A stretch of DNA of 62,922 nt from an uncultured Chromatiales bacterium (GTDB lineage: Bacteria > Pseudomonadota > Gammaproteobacteria > Poriferisulfidales > Oxydemutatoraceae): assembly GCA_964347615.1 (NCBI GenBank), contig CAYFZO010000012.1:1-62922 (forward strand), given 5' to 3'. The stretch's first letter is position 1. Each line of letters opens with the position of its first letter. Shown piece by piece: positions 55,103 to 62,922 of this stretch. The notes below the pieces were generated by a model. That model ran no database searches and had not been told where the DNA came from. It saw only the letters and a program-made list of their open reading frames with translations. A program made the translations under genes and the position numbers.

Positions 55103-58100
55103 TCAGTCTTTCTCGAGAGAAACGTTGATACACAACGAGCGGATTTCCTTGACCAGAACCTTGAACGATTCCGGCACGTTGGTATCCGCGTTGTATTCAC
55201 CGCTGATGATGTTCTTGTACATCTTGTTACGTCCGTTCACGTCGTCCGATTTCACCGTCAGCATCTCCTGCAGCACGTGCGAGGCACCGTAAGCCTCGAG
55301 CGCCCATACTTCCATTTCGCCGAAACGCTGCCCGCCGAACTGCGCCTTGCCGCCCAACGGCTGCTGCGTAATCATGCTGTACGGGCCGGTCGAGCGCGCG
55401 TGCATCTTGTCGTCCACCAAGTGGTTGAGTTTGACGATGTACATGTAGCCGACCGTTACCTCGTTGTCGAACAGTTCGCCGGTCCGCCCGTCGCGCAAGC
55501 GCGCTTTCCCTGAAACCGGCAAGCCGGCCGCCTTGAGCAGGTTCTTGATTTCCTTCTCGTGCACACCGTCGAACACCGGGGTCGCCATCGGCACGCCGGC
55601 GCGCAGGTTGCCCGCGAGCTCCTTGATCTCGGTTTCGTTCAAGCCTTTCAGCGAGTGCTGATGGCCTCCGCCCGCGGTGTAGACGTCGTCCAGCTCCTTG
55701 CGCAGATCGGCGCCGCTCGCGCTTTGGTCTATCAGGCGTCCGATGCGCCGCCCCAAGTACTTCGACGCCCACCCGAGGTGGGTTTCCAGCACCTGCCCGA
55801 CGTTCATCCGCGAGGGCACGCCAAGCGGGTTGAGCACGACGTCCACCGGCGTGCCGTCTTCCATGTACGGCATGTCCTCGACCGGCACGATCATCGAAAC
55901 AACCCCCTTGTTGCCGTGCCTGCCCGCCAGCTTGTCTCCCGGCTGCATGCGCCGCTTGACCGCAAGATACACCTTGACCGTCTTGATTACGCCCGGCTGC
56001 AAGTTGTCGCCGGCCTGGATCTTCTTGCGCTGTTCCTCGAAAATCTTGGAGAAGCGCGCGCGCTGCTGCTTAAGGCGCTTCACGAGCACCTCGAACCGGG
56101 CGTTGACGTCGTCGGCGCGCATCCGAACCTTGAGCCATTGCTCGCGCTCCATGCCGTGCAGATAGGCACCGGTGACCTTGGCACCCGCCTTGAGCCCGCC
56201 CGGCCCGCCGTCGGCGACCTTGCCGGTGACCAGATTCTCGATGCGGTGGAAAACGTCGTCTTCGTAAATCCGGGAGCGGTCGCTGATGTCTTTCTCGAAC
56301 TCCTCGAGCTTGGTCTTTTCGATGCTCAGCGCGCGTTCGTCCTTGGGCTCGTCCTCGCGCGTGAACACGCGCACGTCGATCACCGTGCCCTGCATCCCGA
56401 GCGGCACCTTGAGCGACGTGTCCTTCACGTCCGACGCCTTCTCGCCGAAAATCGCGCGCAACAGCTTCTCTTCCGGGGTCAGCTGGCTTTCGCTCTTCGG
56501 CGTCACCTTGCCGACCAGGATGTCCCCCGACTTCACTTCGGCACCGACGTAGACGATTCCCGAAGCATCCAGCTTAGACAAGACCCCCTCGCTGACGTTC
56601 GGGATGTCGGCGGTAACTTCCTCGGGCCCGAGCTTGGTGTCGCGCGCGACGCAACACAGCTCTTCGATGTGAATCGTCGTGAAGCGGTCTTCCTCGACCA
56701 CCCGCTCGGAAATCAAGATCGAGTCCTCGAAGTTGTATCCGTGCCACGGCATGAACGCCACCATGATGTTCTGTCCGAGCGCAAGTTCCCCCATGTCGGT
56801 CGAAGGACCGTCGGCAAGCACGTCGCCGGCGCCGATACGGTCGCCGGGCTTGACCAACGGGCGCTGGTTGATGCAGGTGTCCTGGTTGGACCGCGTGTAC
56901 TTGGTCAACTGGTAGATGTCCACGCCCGAGTCTTCGGCGGCGGTTTCTTTCTCGTTGACGCGCACCACGATGCGGCTCGCGTCCACCGTGTCAACGACGC
57001 CTCCGCGTCTAGCCGTGAGCGTCGCGCCCGAATCGGCGGCGACCACGCCTTCGATTCCGGTCCCGACCAGAGGTTTCTCGGCGCGCAGGGTCGGCACCGC
57101 CTGGCGCTGCATATTGGCGCCCATCAACGCGCGGTTCGCGTCGTCGTGCTCAAGAAACGGAATCAACGCCGCCGCAACCGAGACGATCTGCTTCGGCGAA
57201 ACGTCGATGTACTCGATCTTTTCCGGCGGCGACATCATGAACTCGTTGCGCCAGCGGCACGAAACCAGTTCGTCGATGAGCTTGCCGCTTTCATCCACGC
57301 TCGCGTTCGCCTGTGCAATCACGAACTCGCTCTCCTCGATCGCCGACAGATAAACGATCTTGCTCGTGACCTTGCCTTTATCGACTTTCATGTACGGGGT
57401 TTCCAGGAAACCGTATTCGTTGGTGCGAGCGTAGACCGCGAGCGAATTGATCAAGCCGATGTTCGCTCCTTCCGGGGTCTCGATCGGGCACACGCGCCCG
57501 TAATGCGTCGGGTGGACGTCGCGCACCTCGAAGCCCGCGCGCGTGCGCGTCAGGCCGCCCGGCCCCAACGCCGAAATACGCCGCTTGTGCGTGATTTCGG
57601 ACAACGGGTTGTTCTGGTCCATGAATTGGGACAGCTGGCTGGAACTGAAAAACTCCTTGAGTATCGCCGACATCGGTTTGGGATTGATCAGGTCCTGCGG
57701 CGTGAGCTCGTGCGCTTCGCTCTGAGACAGCCTTTCCCGCACCGCGCGTTCGACCCGGATCAAGCCGCCGCGGTAAATGTTCTCGGTCATCTCGCCGACG
57801 CAACGCACCCGACGATTGCCGAGATGATCGATGTCGTCCACCTTGCCTTCGCCGTTGCGGATGCCGATGATGACCTTGATTACGTCAATGACGTCCTGGA
57901 CGTCCAACGTGCTGCTGCCGGTGATTTCCTTGCGTCCGACCGCGCGGTTGAACTTCATGCGTCCGCACGCCGACAAATCGTAGCGCTCAGGGTTCTGGAA
58001 CAGGTTCTCGAAAAGGTTCCTTGCCGAGTCCTTGGTCGGCAATTCACCCGGCCTCATCACGCGGTAGATCTCGACCTGCGCCTCGAACTCGCTCGAGCTC

Positions 58101-59191
58101 GGGTCGATGTTGAGCGTCGAGGAGATATAGGGGCCGCGGTTGACCTCGTTCGTGTAAATCGTCTTGAAACTCTTGACCCCGCTCGCGCGCAACCGTCCGA
58201 GCATCTCCTCGTCCACTTTCGCGTTTGCGGGGGAAAGCAGCTCACCGGTCTCGGAATCCACGACGTCGTGCGCAACCACCTTGTCGCTGAGGTACTCGGC
58301 CGGCACTTCGAGCGAACTGATGCCGGCGTCCTTGATCGCCTTGACGTGGCGGGCGGTGATTCTGCGTCCGGCCTCGACCAGAACCTTGCCCTTGATTTCG
58401 ACGTCGAAAGCAGCGACTTCGCCGCGCAGGCGCTCCGGCTTCAATCTCATTTCGTAGCTGTCGCCGCCCTTGAACCTAACCGTCTCGAGGTCGAAAAAGG
58501 TCTTGAGGATCTGGTTGTTGTCCATGCCGAGCGCCCGCAAAAGCACCGTCACCGGCAATTTACGGCGCCGGTCTATGCGGACGTAAAGGTAATCCTTGGG
58601 ATCGAACTCGAAATCGATCCAAGAACCGCGGTAGGGAATGATGCGGGAGGAGTACAGCAGCTTGCCCGAAGAGTGCGTCTTCCCCTTGTCGTGCTCAAAG
58701 AACACGCCCGGAGAACGATGCAACTGGGAAACGACGACGCGCTCGGTGCCGTTGATTATGAAAGTGCCGACGTCGGTCATCAACGGCAGCTCACCGAAAT
58801 AAACCTCTTTCTCCTTGACTTCCTTCAGCTTGCTGGTGTCCACCTTGCCGCTCGAGCGTCTCTCGAAGATGACCATGCGCAACTTCACGTGCAGCGGTGC
58901 GGCGTAAGTGACCCCGCGCGACTTGCATTCCCTGACGTCGAACTTGGGCTCGCCGAGCACGTAGCTGACGTACTGCAACTCGATGTGCCCGGAATGACTT
59001 GCGATCGGGAACACCGACTTGAACACGCCGTGCAAACCGTGGTCTTCACGTTTGTCGGGCGCTTTATCCGCCTGCAGAAACCTCGCGTAGGAATCCAGCT
59101 GCATCTGCAGCATGTACGGGATTTTCAGCTTGTCAACGCGCTTGCCGAAGTTCTTTCGGATTCTTTTCTTTTCGGTGAAAGTGTAGGCCAT
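55103..59191 (-). CDS. rpoB: RNA polymerase beta subunit
   Basis: [41 protein letters not shown]. Confidence 0.99.
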   Translation of the reverse strand: MAYTFTEKKRIRKNFGKRVDKLKIPYMLQMQLDSYARFLQADKAPDKREDHGLHGVFKSVFPIASHSGHIELQYVSYVLGEPKFDVRECKSRGVTYAAPLHVKLRMVIFERRSSGKVDTSKLKEVKEKEVYFGELPLMTDVGTFIINGTERVVVSQLHRSPGVFFEHDKGKTHSSGKLLYSSRIIPYRGSWIDFEFDPKDYLYVRIDRRRKLPVTVLLRALGMDNNQILKTFFDLETVRFKGGDSYEMRLKPERLRGEVAAFDVEIKGKVLVEAGRRITARHVKAIKDAGISSLEVPAEYLSDKVVAHDVVDSETGELLSPANAKVDEEMLGRLRASGVKSFKTIYTNEVNRGPYISSTLNIDPSSSEFEAQVEIYRVMRPGELPTKDSARNLFENLFQNPERYDLSACGRMKFNRAVGRKEITGSSTLDVQDVIDVIKVIIGIRNGEGKVDDIDHLGNRRVRCVGEMTENIYRGGLIRVERAVRERLSQSEAHELTPQDLINPKPMSAILKEFFSSSQLSQFMDQNNPLSEITHKRRISALGPGGLTRTRAGFEVRDVHPTHYGRVCPIETPEGANIGLINSLAVYARTNEYGFLETPYMKVDKGKVTSKIVYLSAIEESEFVIAQANASVDESGKLIDELVSCRWRNEFMMSPPEKIEYIDVSPKQIVSVAAALIPFLEHDDANRALMGANMQRQAVPTLRAEKPLVGTGIEGVVAADSGATLTARRGGVVDTVDASRIVVRVNEKETAAEDSGVDIYQLTKYTRSNQDTCINQRPLVKPGDRIGAGDVLADGPSTDMGELALGQNIMVAFMPWHGYNFEDSILISERVVEEDRFTTIHIEELCCVARDTKLGPEEVTADIPNVSEGVLSKLDASGIVYVGAEVKSGDILVGKVTPKSESQLTPEEKLLRAIFGEKASDVKDTSLKVPLGMQGTVIDVRVFTREDEPKDERALSIEKTKLEEFEKDISDRSRIYEDDVFHRIENLVTGKVADGGPGGLKAGAKVTGAYLHGMEREQWLKVRMRADDVNARFEVLVKRLKQQRARFSKIFEEQRKKIQAGDNLQPGVIKTVKVYLAVKRRMQPGDKLAGRHGNKGVVSMIVPVEDMPYMEDGTPVDVVLNPLGVPSRMNVGQVLETHLGWASKYLGRRIGRLIDQSASGADLRKELDDVYTAGGGHQHSLKGLNETEIKELAGNLRAGVPMATPVFDGVHEKEIKNLLKAAGLPVSGKARLRDGRTGELFDNEVTVGYMYIVKLNHLVDDKMHARSTGPYSMITQQPLGGKAQFGGQRFGEMEVWALEAYGASHVLQEMLTVKSDDVNGRNKMYKNIISGEYNADTNVPESFKVLVKEIRSLCINVSLEKD

Positions 59192-59241
59192 CAGTCCGTC
59201 TTGGTTTGCCCTTCAAGAGCGTTCACGAAGCGAAAGCGCAA

Positions 59242-59277
59242 CGGCGCCGCCGGGTCGCTCACAACCCGGCGCCGCCG
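59242..59277 (-). terminator. GC-rich hairpin in the rplL-rpoB spacer (possible attenuator)
   Basis: cggcgccgccgggt-cgctcaca-acccggcgccgccg; only a weak U-tract downstream. Confidence 0.4.
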
Positions 59278-59296
59278 CTGCAATCCGTAAGCTCGG

Positions 59297-59671
59297 TTAC
59301 TTAAGCTCAACGTTCGCACCGGCTTCTTCGAGTTGCTTCTTGAGCTCCTCGACTTCTTCCTTCGCAACGCCTTCCTTCACCGTGGCGGGCACGCTCTCGA
59401 CCATCTCCTTGGCCTCTTTCAGGCCAAGACCGGTGATCGTACGCACCGCCTTAATCACGGCGATCTTGTTATCGCCGAAGGAATTCAGGACGACGTCGAA
59501 CGAAGTCTTCTCTTCCGCCGGTGCGGCTTCGCCGCCCGCCGCCGCGACCGGCGCCGCGACCGCAGCCGCCGATACCCCGAACTTCTCCTCCATCTCGGAA
59601 ATCAGATCCACCAGATCCATCACCGACATATTGGAGACCGCTTCGAGAATTTCTTCTTTTGTTGCAGCCAT
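59297..59671 (-). CDS. rplL: 50S ribosomal protein L7/L12
   Basis: [28 protein letters not shown]. Confidence 0.98.
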   Translation of the reverse strand: MAATKEEILEAVSNMSVMDLVDLISEMEEKFGVSAAAVAAPVAAAGGEAAPAEEKTSFDVVLNSFGDNKIAVIKAVRTITGLGLKEAKEMVESVPATVKEGVAKEEVEELKKQLEEAGANVELK

Positions 59672-59699
59672 TGTTTTATCTCCTTTAATCTTGCGTTTC

Positions 59700-60230
59700 T
59701 CAGGCGCCCGCCTGTTTCTGGTCTCTCACCGCGGCGAGCGTGCGCACGAATTTCGAAGGCACCGCCGACAAGGTCCTCGCGAACTTCTCGACCGGCGCTT
59801 TCATCACGGCAAGCAGCATCGCAACCGCCTCGTCGTAACTCGGCAAGGACGCAAGCCGCTTGACTGCCGAGACGTCAAGCAACTCACCGTCCAACGCCAC
59901 CAGCTTGACTTCGACTTCCTTGCGCTCGTCGGAAAACTCCTTGAACAGCTTTGCAGCGCTCGCGGGGTCGTCTTTCGAGAACGCAAGAATCAGCGGACCG
60001 CTGAGACCGTCGCGCATGCATTCGAAACCGGTGTTCTCCAGCGCGCGACGCGCCAGCGTGTTCTTAACCACGCGAAGATAAACACCGTGCCGTCTCGCAC
60101 GCTTGCGCAGATCGGTCATCTCCTCGACGTTCAAGCCGTGGTAGTGCGCGGCAATCGCCGACTGGGCGTTCGCCGCAACCTCGGCAACGTCGGAGACGAT
60201 CTGCTTCTTGGTTTCGAGATTCAGAGCCAT
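59700..60230 (-). CDS. rplJ: 50S ribosomal protein L10
   Basis: [28 protein letters not shown]. Confidence 0.97.
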   Translation of the reverse strand: MALNLETKKQIVSDVAEVAANAQSAIAAHYHGLNVEEMTDLRKRARRHGVYLRVVKNTLARRALENTGFECMRDGLSGPLILAFSKDDPASAAKLFKEFSDERKEVEVKLVALDGELLDVSAVKRLASLPSYDEAVAMLLAVMKAPVEKFARTLSAVPSKFVRTLAAVRDQKQAGA

Positions 60231-60389
60231 CCGGGCATCCCGTAAAACATGAAACCGTTTCCGTCGGAACGCGTCCCGACGGAAACGGTTTCGTTCGATA
60301 CAATGCGAGCCGCGTAAAGCGGCGCCGCATCCGTGAACGATGCGTCCAAACCGGGGAGATCATCACGCGGATCATCACGCCCTGAACAA

Positions 60390-60473
60390 CACACCGTCTG
60401 CGCGGGAGCGGTTTTAAACCCCGGCAAGGCAGCGGCACAAAGCCGCCGCGCCGGGATTCCCGCGGTCTTTGAC
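60390..60473 (-). ncRNA. Ribosomal protein L10 leader (autoregulatory cis element)
   Basis: Minus strand AAAGACCGCGGG...TTAA...CCCGCGCAGACGGTG upstream of rplJ matches the L10-leader pattern. Confidence 0.75.
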
Positions 60474-60564
60474 AATGCCGGAGACCAAGCTCCGCCGTCA
60501 AAACTCGTTAGCGTCATCGTCGCCGTTCTCATCGTTGCTTTCATCGTTGATCCGTCGGCGCCCC

Positions 60565-61260
60565 TCATTGGAGTAAAGCACCGGGGTCAATGCGCAGGCC
60601 GGGACCCATCGTCGAGGAGACGGTGACACTCTTGAAATACACGCCTTTTGCCGAAGCCGGTCTCGCCTTGAGCAAATCGGCGACCAAGGTCTCGAAGTTC
60701 TCCCGCAACTGCGCCGCGTCAAAATCCACGCACCCGATCGAGGAGTGCACCACGCCGCCCTTGTCGGCGCGAAAGCGCGCCTGTCCCGCCTTGGCGTTCT
60801 TGACGGCGGCGGCGACGTTGTCGGTGACCGTGCCGGCCTTGGGGTTCGGCATCAAACCTTTCGGCCCGAGCATCTGTCCCAACTTGCCGACCGTTGGCAT
60901 CGCGTCCGGCGACGCAATCACCACGTCAAAGGGAAAATCACCTTTCTGCACGCGCTCGGCAAGGTCGTTCATTCCCACCGCGTCGGCGCCGGCGTCTTCG
61001 GCGGCTTGCGCTTTCTCGCCCTGGGCGAACACCGCAACGCGCACCGTCTTGCCGAGGCCGTGCGGCAGATTCGACGCACCGCGCACCACCTGATCCCCTT
61101 TCTTCGGGTCGATGCCGAGACGCACGCTGACGTCCACCGACTCCTTGAACTTCACCCGCGGAAGCTCCTTGATCAAGGAGAACGCCTCGTCCGGCGTGTA
61201 GAGCTTGCCCTCGCCGAGACGTTCCTGCGCCGCGCGCATGCGCTTGCCGTTCGCTTTCAT
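60565..61260 (-). CDS. rplA: 50S ribosomal protein L1
   Basis: [36 protein letters not shown]. Confidence 0.98.
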   Translation of the reverse strand: MKANGKRMRAAQERLGEGKLYTPDEAFSLIKELPRVKFKESVDVSVRLGIDPKKGDQVVRGASNLPHGLGKTVRVAVFAQGEKAQAAEDAGADAVGMNDLAERVQKGDFPFDVVIASPDAMPTVGKLGQMLGPKGLMPNPKAGTVTDNVAAAVKNAKAGQARFRADKGGVVHSSIGCVDFDAAQLRENFETLVADLLKARPASAKGVYFKSVTVSSTMGPGLRIDPGALLQ

Positions 61261-61691
61261 TACAGCCCCTCGACCTCGATGCCCATGCTGCGCGCGCTGC
61301 CCGCGATGGTCTTGACCCCGGCCTCCAGATCCACCGAGTTGAGATCGGGCTCCTTGGCCTTGACGATCTCTTCGAGCTGCGCCCGCGTGACCTTGCCGAC
61401 CTTGTTCTTGTTCGGCTCACCGCTGCCCTTCTTGATTCCCGCGGCCTTTCTCAGCAACACCGCCGCGGGCGGCGTCTTGATCACAAAGTCGAAACTGCGG
61501 TCCTCGTAGACGGTAATCACGACCGGCATCGGCATCCCCTTCTCGAGATCCTTGCTGCGGTCGTTGAACGCCTTGCAGAACTCCGCGATGTTCAACCCGT
61601 GCTGGCCGAGCGCGGGGCCGATCGGCGGCGCCGGGTTTGCGTTGCCCGCGGGAATCTGCAACTTCACGTAAGTTTCTATTTTCTTGGCCAC
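61260..61691 (-). CDS. rplK: 50S ribosomal protein L11
   Basis: [22 protein letters not shown]. Confidence 0.98.
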   Translation of the reverse strand: MAKKIETYVKLQIPAGNANPAPPIGPALGQHGLNIAEFCKAFNDRSKDLEKGMPMPVVITVYEDRSFDFVIKTPPAAVLLRKAAGIKKGSGEPNKNKVGKVTRAQLEEIVKAKEPDLNSVDLEAGVKTIAGSARSMGIEVEGL

Positions 61692-61714
61692 GCCTTAACC
61701 CTCCCTCATGCGCC

Positions 61715-62248
61715 TCAAGTCTTGGCAACCTGGCCGAACTCGAGCTCGACCGGCGTCGAACGTCCGAAAATCTGCACCGAGACCTGCAAGCGGCTTTTGT
61801 CGTAGTCAACCTCCTCGACCACCGCGCTGAAGTCGTTGAACGGCCCGTCGGTGACACGCACCACTTCGCCGGTCTCAAACAACACCTTCGGCCTCGGCTT
61901 CTCGGCGCCTTCTTTCATGCGGTTGAGAATCTCGCTCGCGTCGCGCTCGCTGATCGGCGTCGGCTTACTCGGCGTGCCGCCGATGAAACCGCGCACCTTG
62001 GGCGCACTCTTGACCAAATGCCAGGTCTCGTCGTTCATCTCCATCTGCACCAGCACGTAGCCGGGGAAGAATTTGCGTTTGCTCGAACGCTTTTGCCCGG
62101 AACGCATCTCGACGACTTCCTCCATCGGCACCAGAATCTCGCCGAACTTGTCCTGCATGCCTTGACGTTCGATGCGCTCCTTGATGCCGTTGACCACCTG
62201 CTTCTCACAGCCGGAAAACGCATACACGACGTACCATTCCCAAGCCAT
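61715..62248 (-). CDS. nusG: Transcription termination/antitermination factor NusG
   Basis: [20 protein letters not shown] motif [16 protein letters not shown]. Confidence 0.98.
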   Translation of the reverse strand: MAWEWYVVYAFSGCEKQVVNGIKERIERQGMQDKFGEILVPMEEVVEMRSGQKRSSKRKFFPGYVLVQMEMNDETWHLVKSAPKVRGFIGGTPSKPTPISERDASEILNRMKEGAEKPRPKVLFETGEVVRVTDGPFNDFSAVVEEVDYDKSRLQVSVQIFGRSTPVELEFGQVAKT

Positions 62249-62257
62249 CGCCGCCCC

Positions 62258-62629
62258 CTAGCCGATCAACCACTGCATGAACCAGCTGAGCAGGCGATCA
62301 AGCGCCCACAGAAACAGCGCAACAATCGTCACCACGACGAACACGATCAACGTGGTCTGCAAAGTCTCGTTCTTGGTCGGCCACACCATCCGGCGCAACT
62401 CGACGCGCGAGGTGGCGAGAAAAGAACTCGTCGCTTTCCCCTGAGTGGTGGTGAAGAAGATGGCCGCGGCAATCAGGAAGCCGCCGACGATGCCGAGCGT
62501 GCGGTAGAAGAACGACTCTTCGGAGAAATAATAGAACGCCACCAACGAAACCAGCAGGATAACGCCCGCCGACACCAGCTTCGTTTTGTCGTTCGCCGTT
62601 TGTATGCTTGCTTCTTTCGCCACTTTCAA
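62258..62629 (-). CDS. secE: Preprotein translocase subunit SecE (3-TM type); start uncertain
   Basis: ELRRMVWPTKNET motif; between tRNA-Trp and nusG. Confidence 0.93.
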   Translation of the reverse strand: MKVAKEASIQTANDKTKLVSAGVILLVSLVAFYYFSEESFFYRTLGIVGGFLIAAAIFFTTTQGKATSSFLATSRVELRRMVWPTKNETLQTTLIVFVVVTIVALFLWALDRLLSWFMQWLIG

Positions 62630-62733
62630 AAACCTTCAAACTCCGTTGAACGATACCGCCGTGCGGGAAAATCCAGCACACAAACTCGAATCCCGAAAAA
62701 TTCCGTCAGACCTTGCTTTCCAAAAGCAAAATC

Positions 62734-62809
<76 letters not shown>

Positions 62810-62865
62810 GTGCGCCAAAACTTTCTTTCCCGCAGACGCCTCTTTCGCAGATGCAGGAGCGAGTT

Positions 62866-62922
62866 TCACTCGATGACCTTGGAGACGACGCCGGCGCCGA
62901 CCGTGCGACCACCTTCGCGGAT
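62866..62922 (-). CDS. tuf: Elongation factor Tu, C-terminal 18 codons (partial)
   Basis: IREGGRTVGAGVVSKVIE* directly upstream of tRNA-Trp-secE. Confidence 0.92.
   Translation of the reverse strand: MREGGRTVGAGVVSKVIE

Noticed and set aside
55089-55133. ORF-track N-terminal extension of RpoC overlapping rpoB, suggesting an rpoBC fusion
   Set aside because: rpoB has its own stop at 55103-55105 and a GGAGG RBS precedes GTG 55088; the genes are separate.

Overview
High-GC gammaproteobacterial chromosome segment; a host-associated lifestyle is inferred only from a giant eukaryote-like LRR protein and apparent gene losses. Bases 1-15363 are one minus-strand ORF (>5120 aa) that runs off the left edge and is missing from the ORF track: a signal-peptide protein with about 10 Cys-capped LRR cassettes alternating with Ig-like and Calx-beta-like domains. 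The rest is mostly core genes: yrbG-kdsD, an inverted kdsC-lptCAB block, hpf-ptsN-hprK-rapZ-EIIA-HPr-ptsI-mgtE (no rpoN), a sat-cysC fusion, mazG, clpB-pgeF-rluD/bamD, nadE, pilA-pilC-pilD-coaE-zapD (no pilB), tyrS, M23-anmK-erpA, argC, hemJ and tuf-tRNA(Trp)-secE-nusG-rplKAJL-rpoBC. The most notable hidden signal is four remnants (16.1-22.1 kb) of one tnpB-carrying element bounded by terminal inverted repeats GGGAATTATATA...TATATAAYTCCC with possible 8-bp target duplications. These ends resemble IS1595 (ISNwi1-group) DDE elements rather than IS200/IS605 or IS607. The TIRs contain outward-facing -10 boxes in front of yrbG, kdsD, lptC and kdsC. There is also a 245-bp tandem array built from the nadE 3' end, a C10 tract in pilD and many 9-13-bp micro-duplications.
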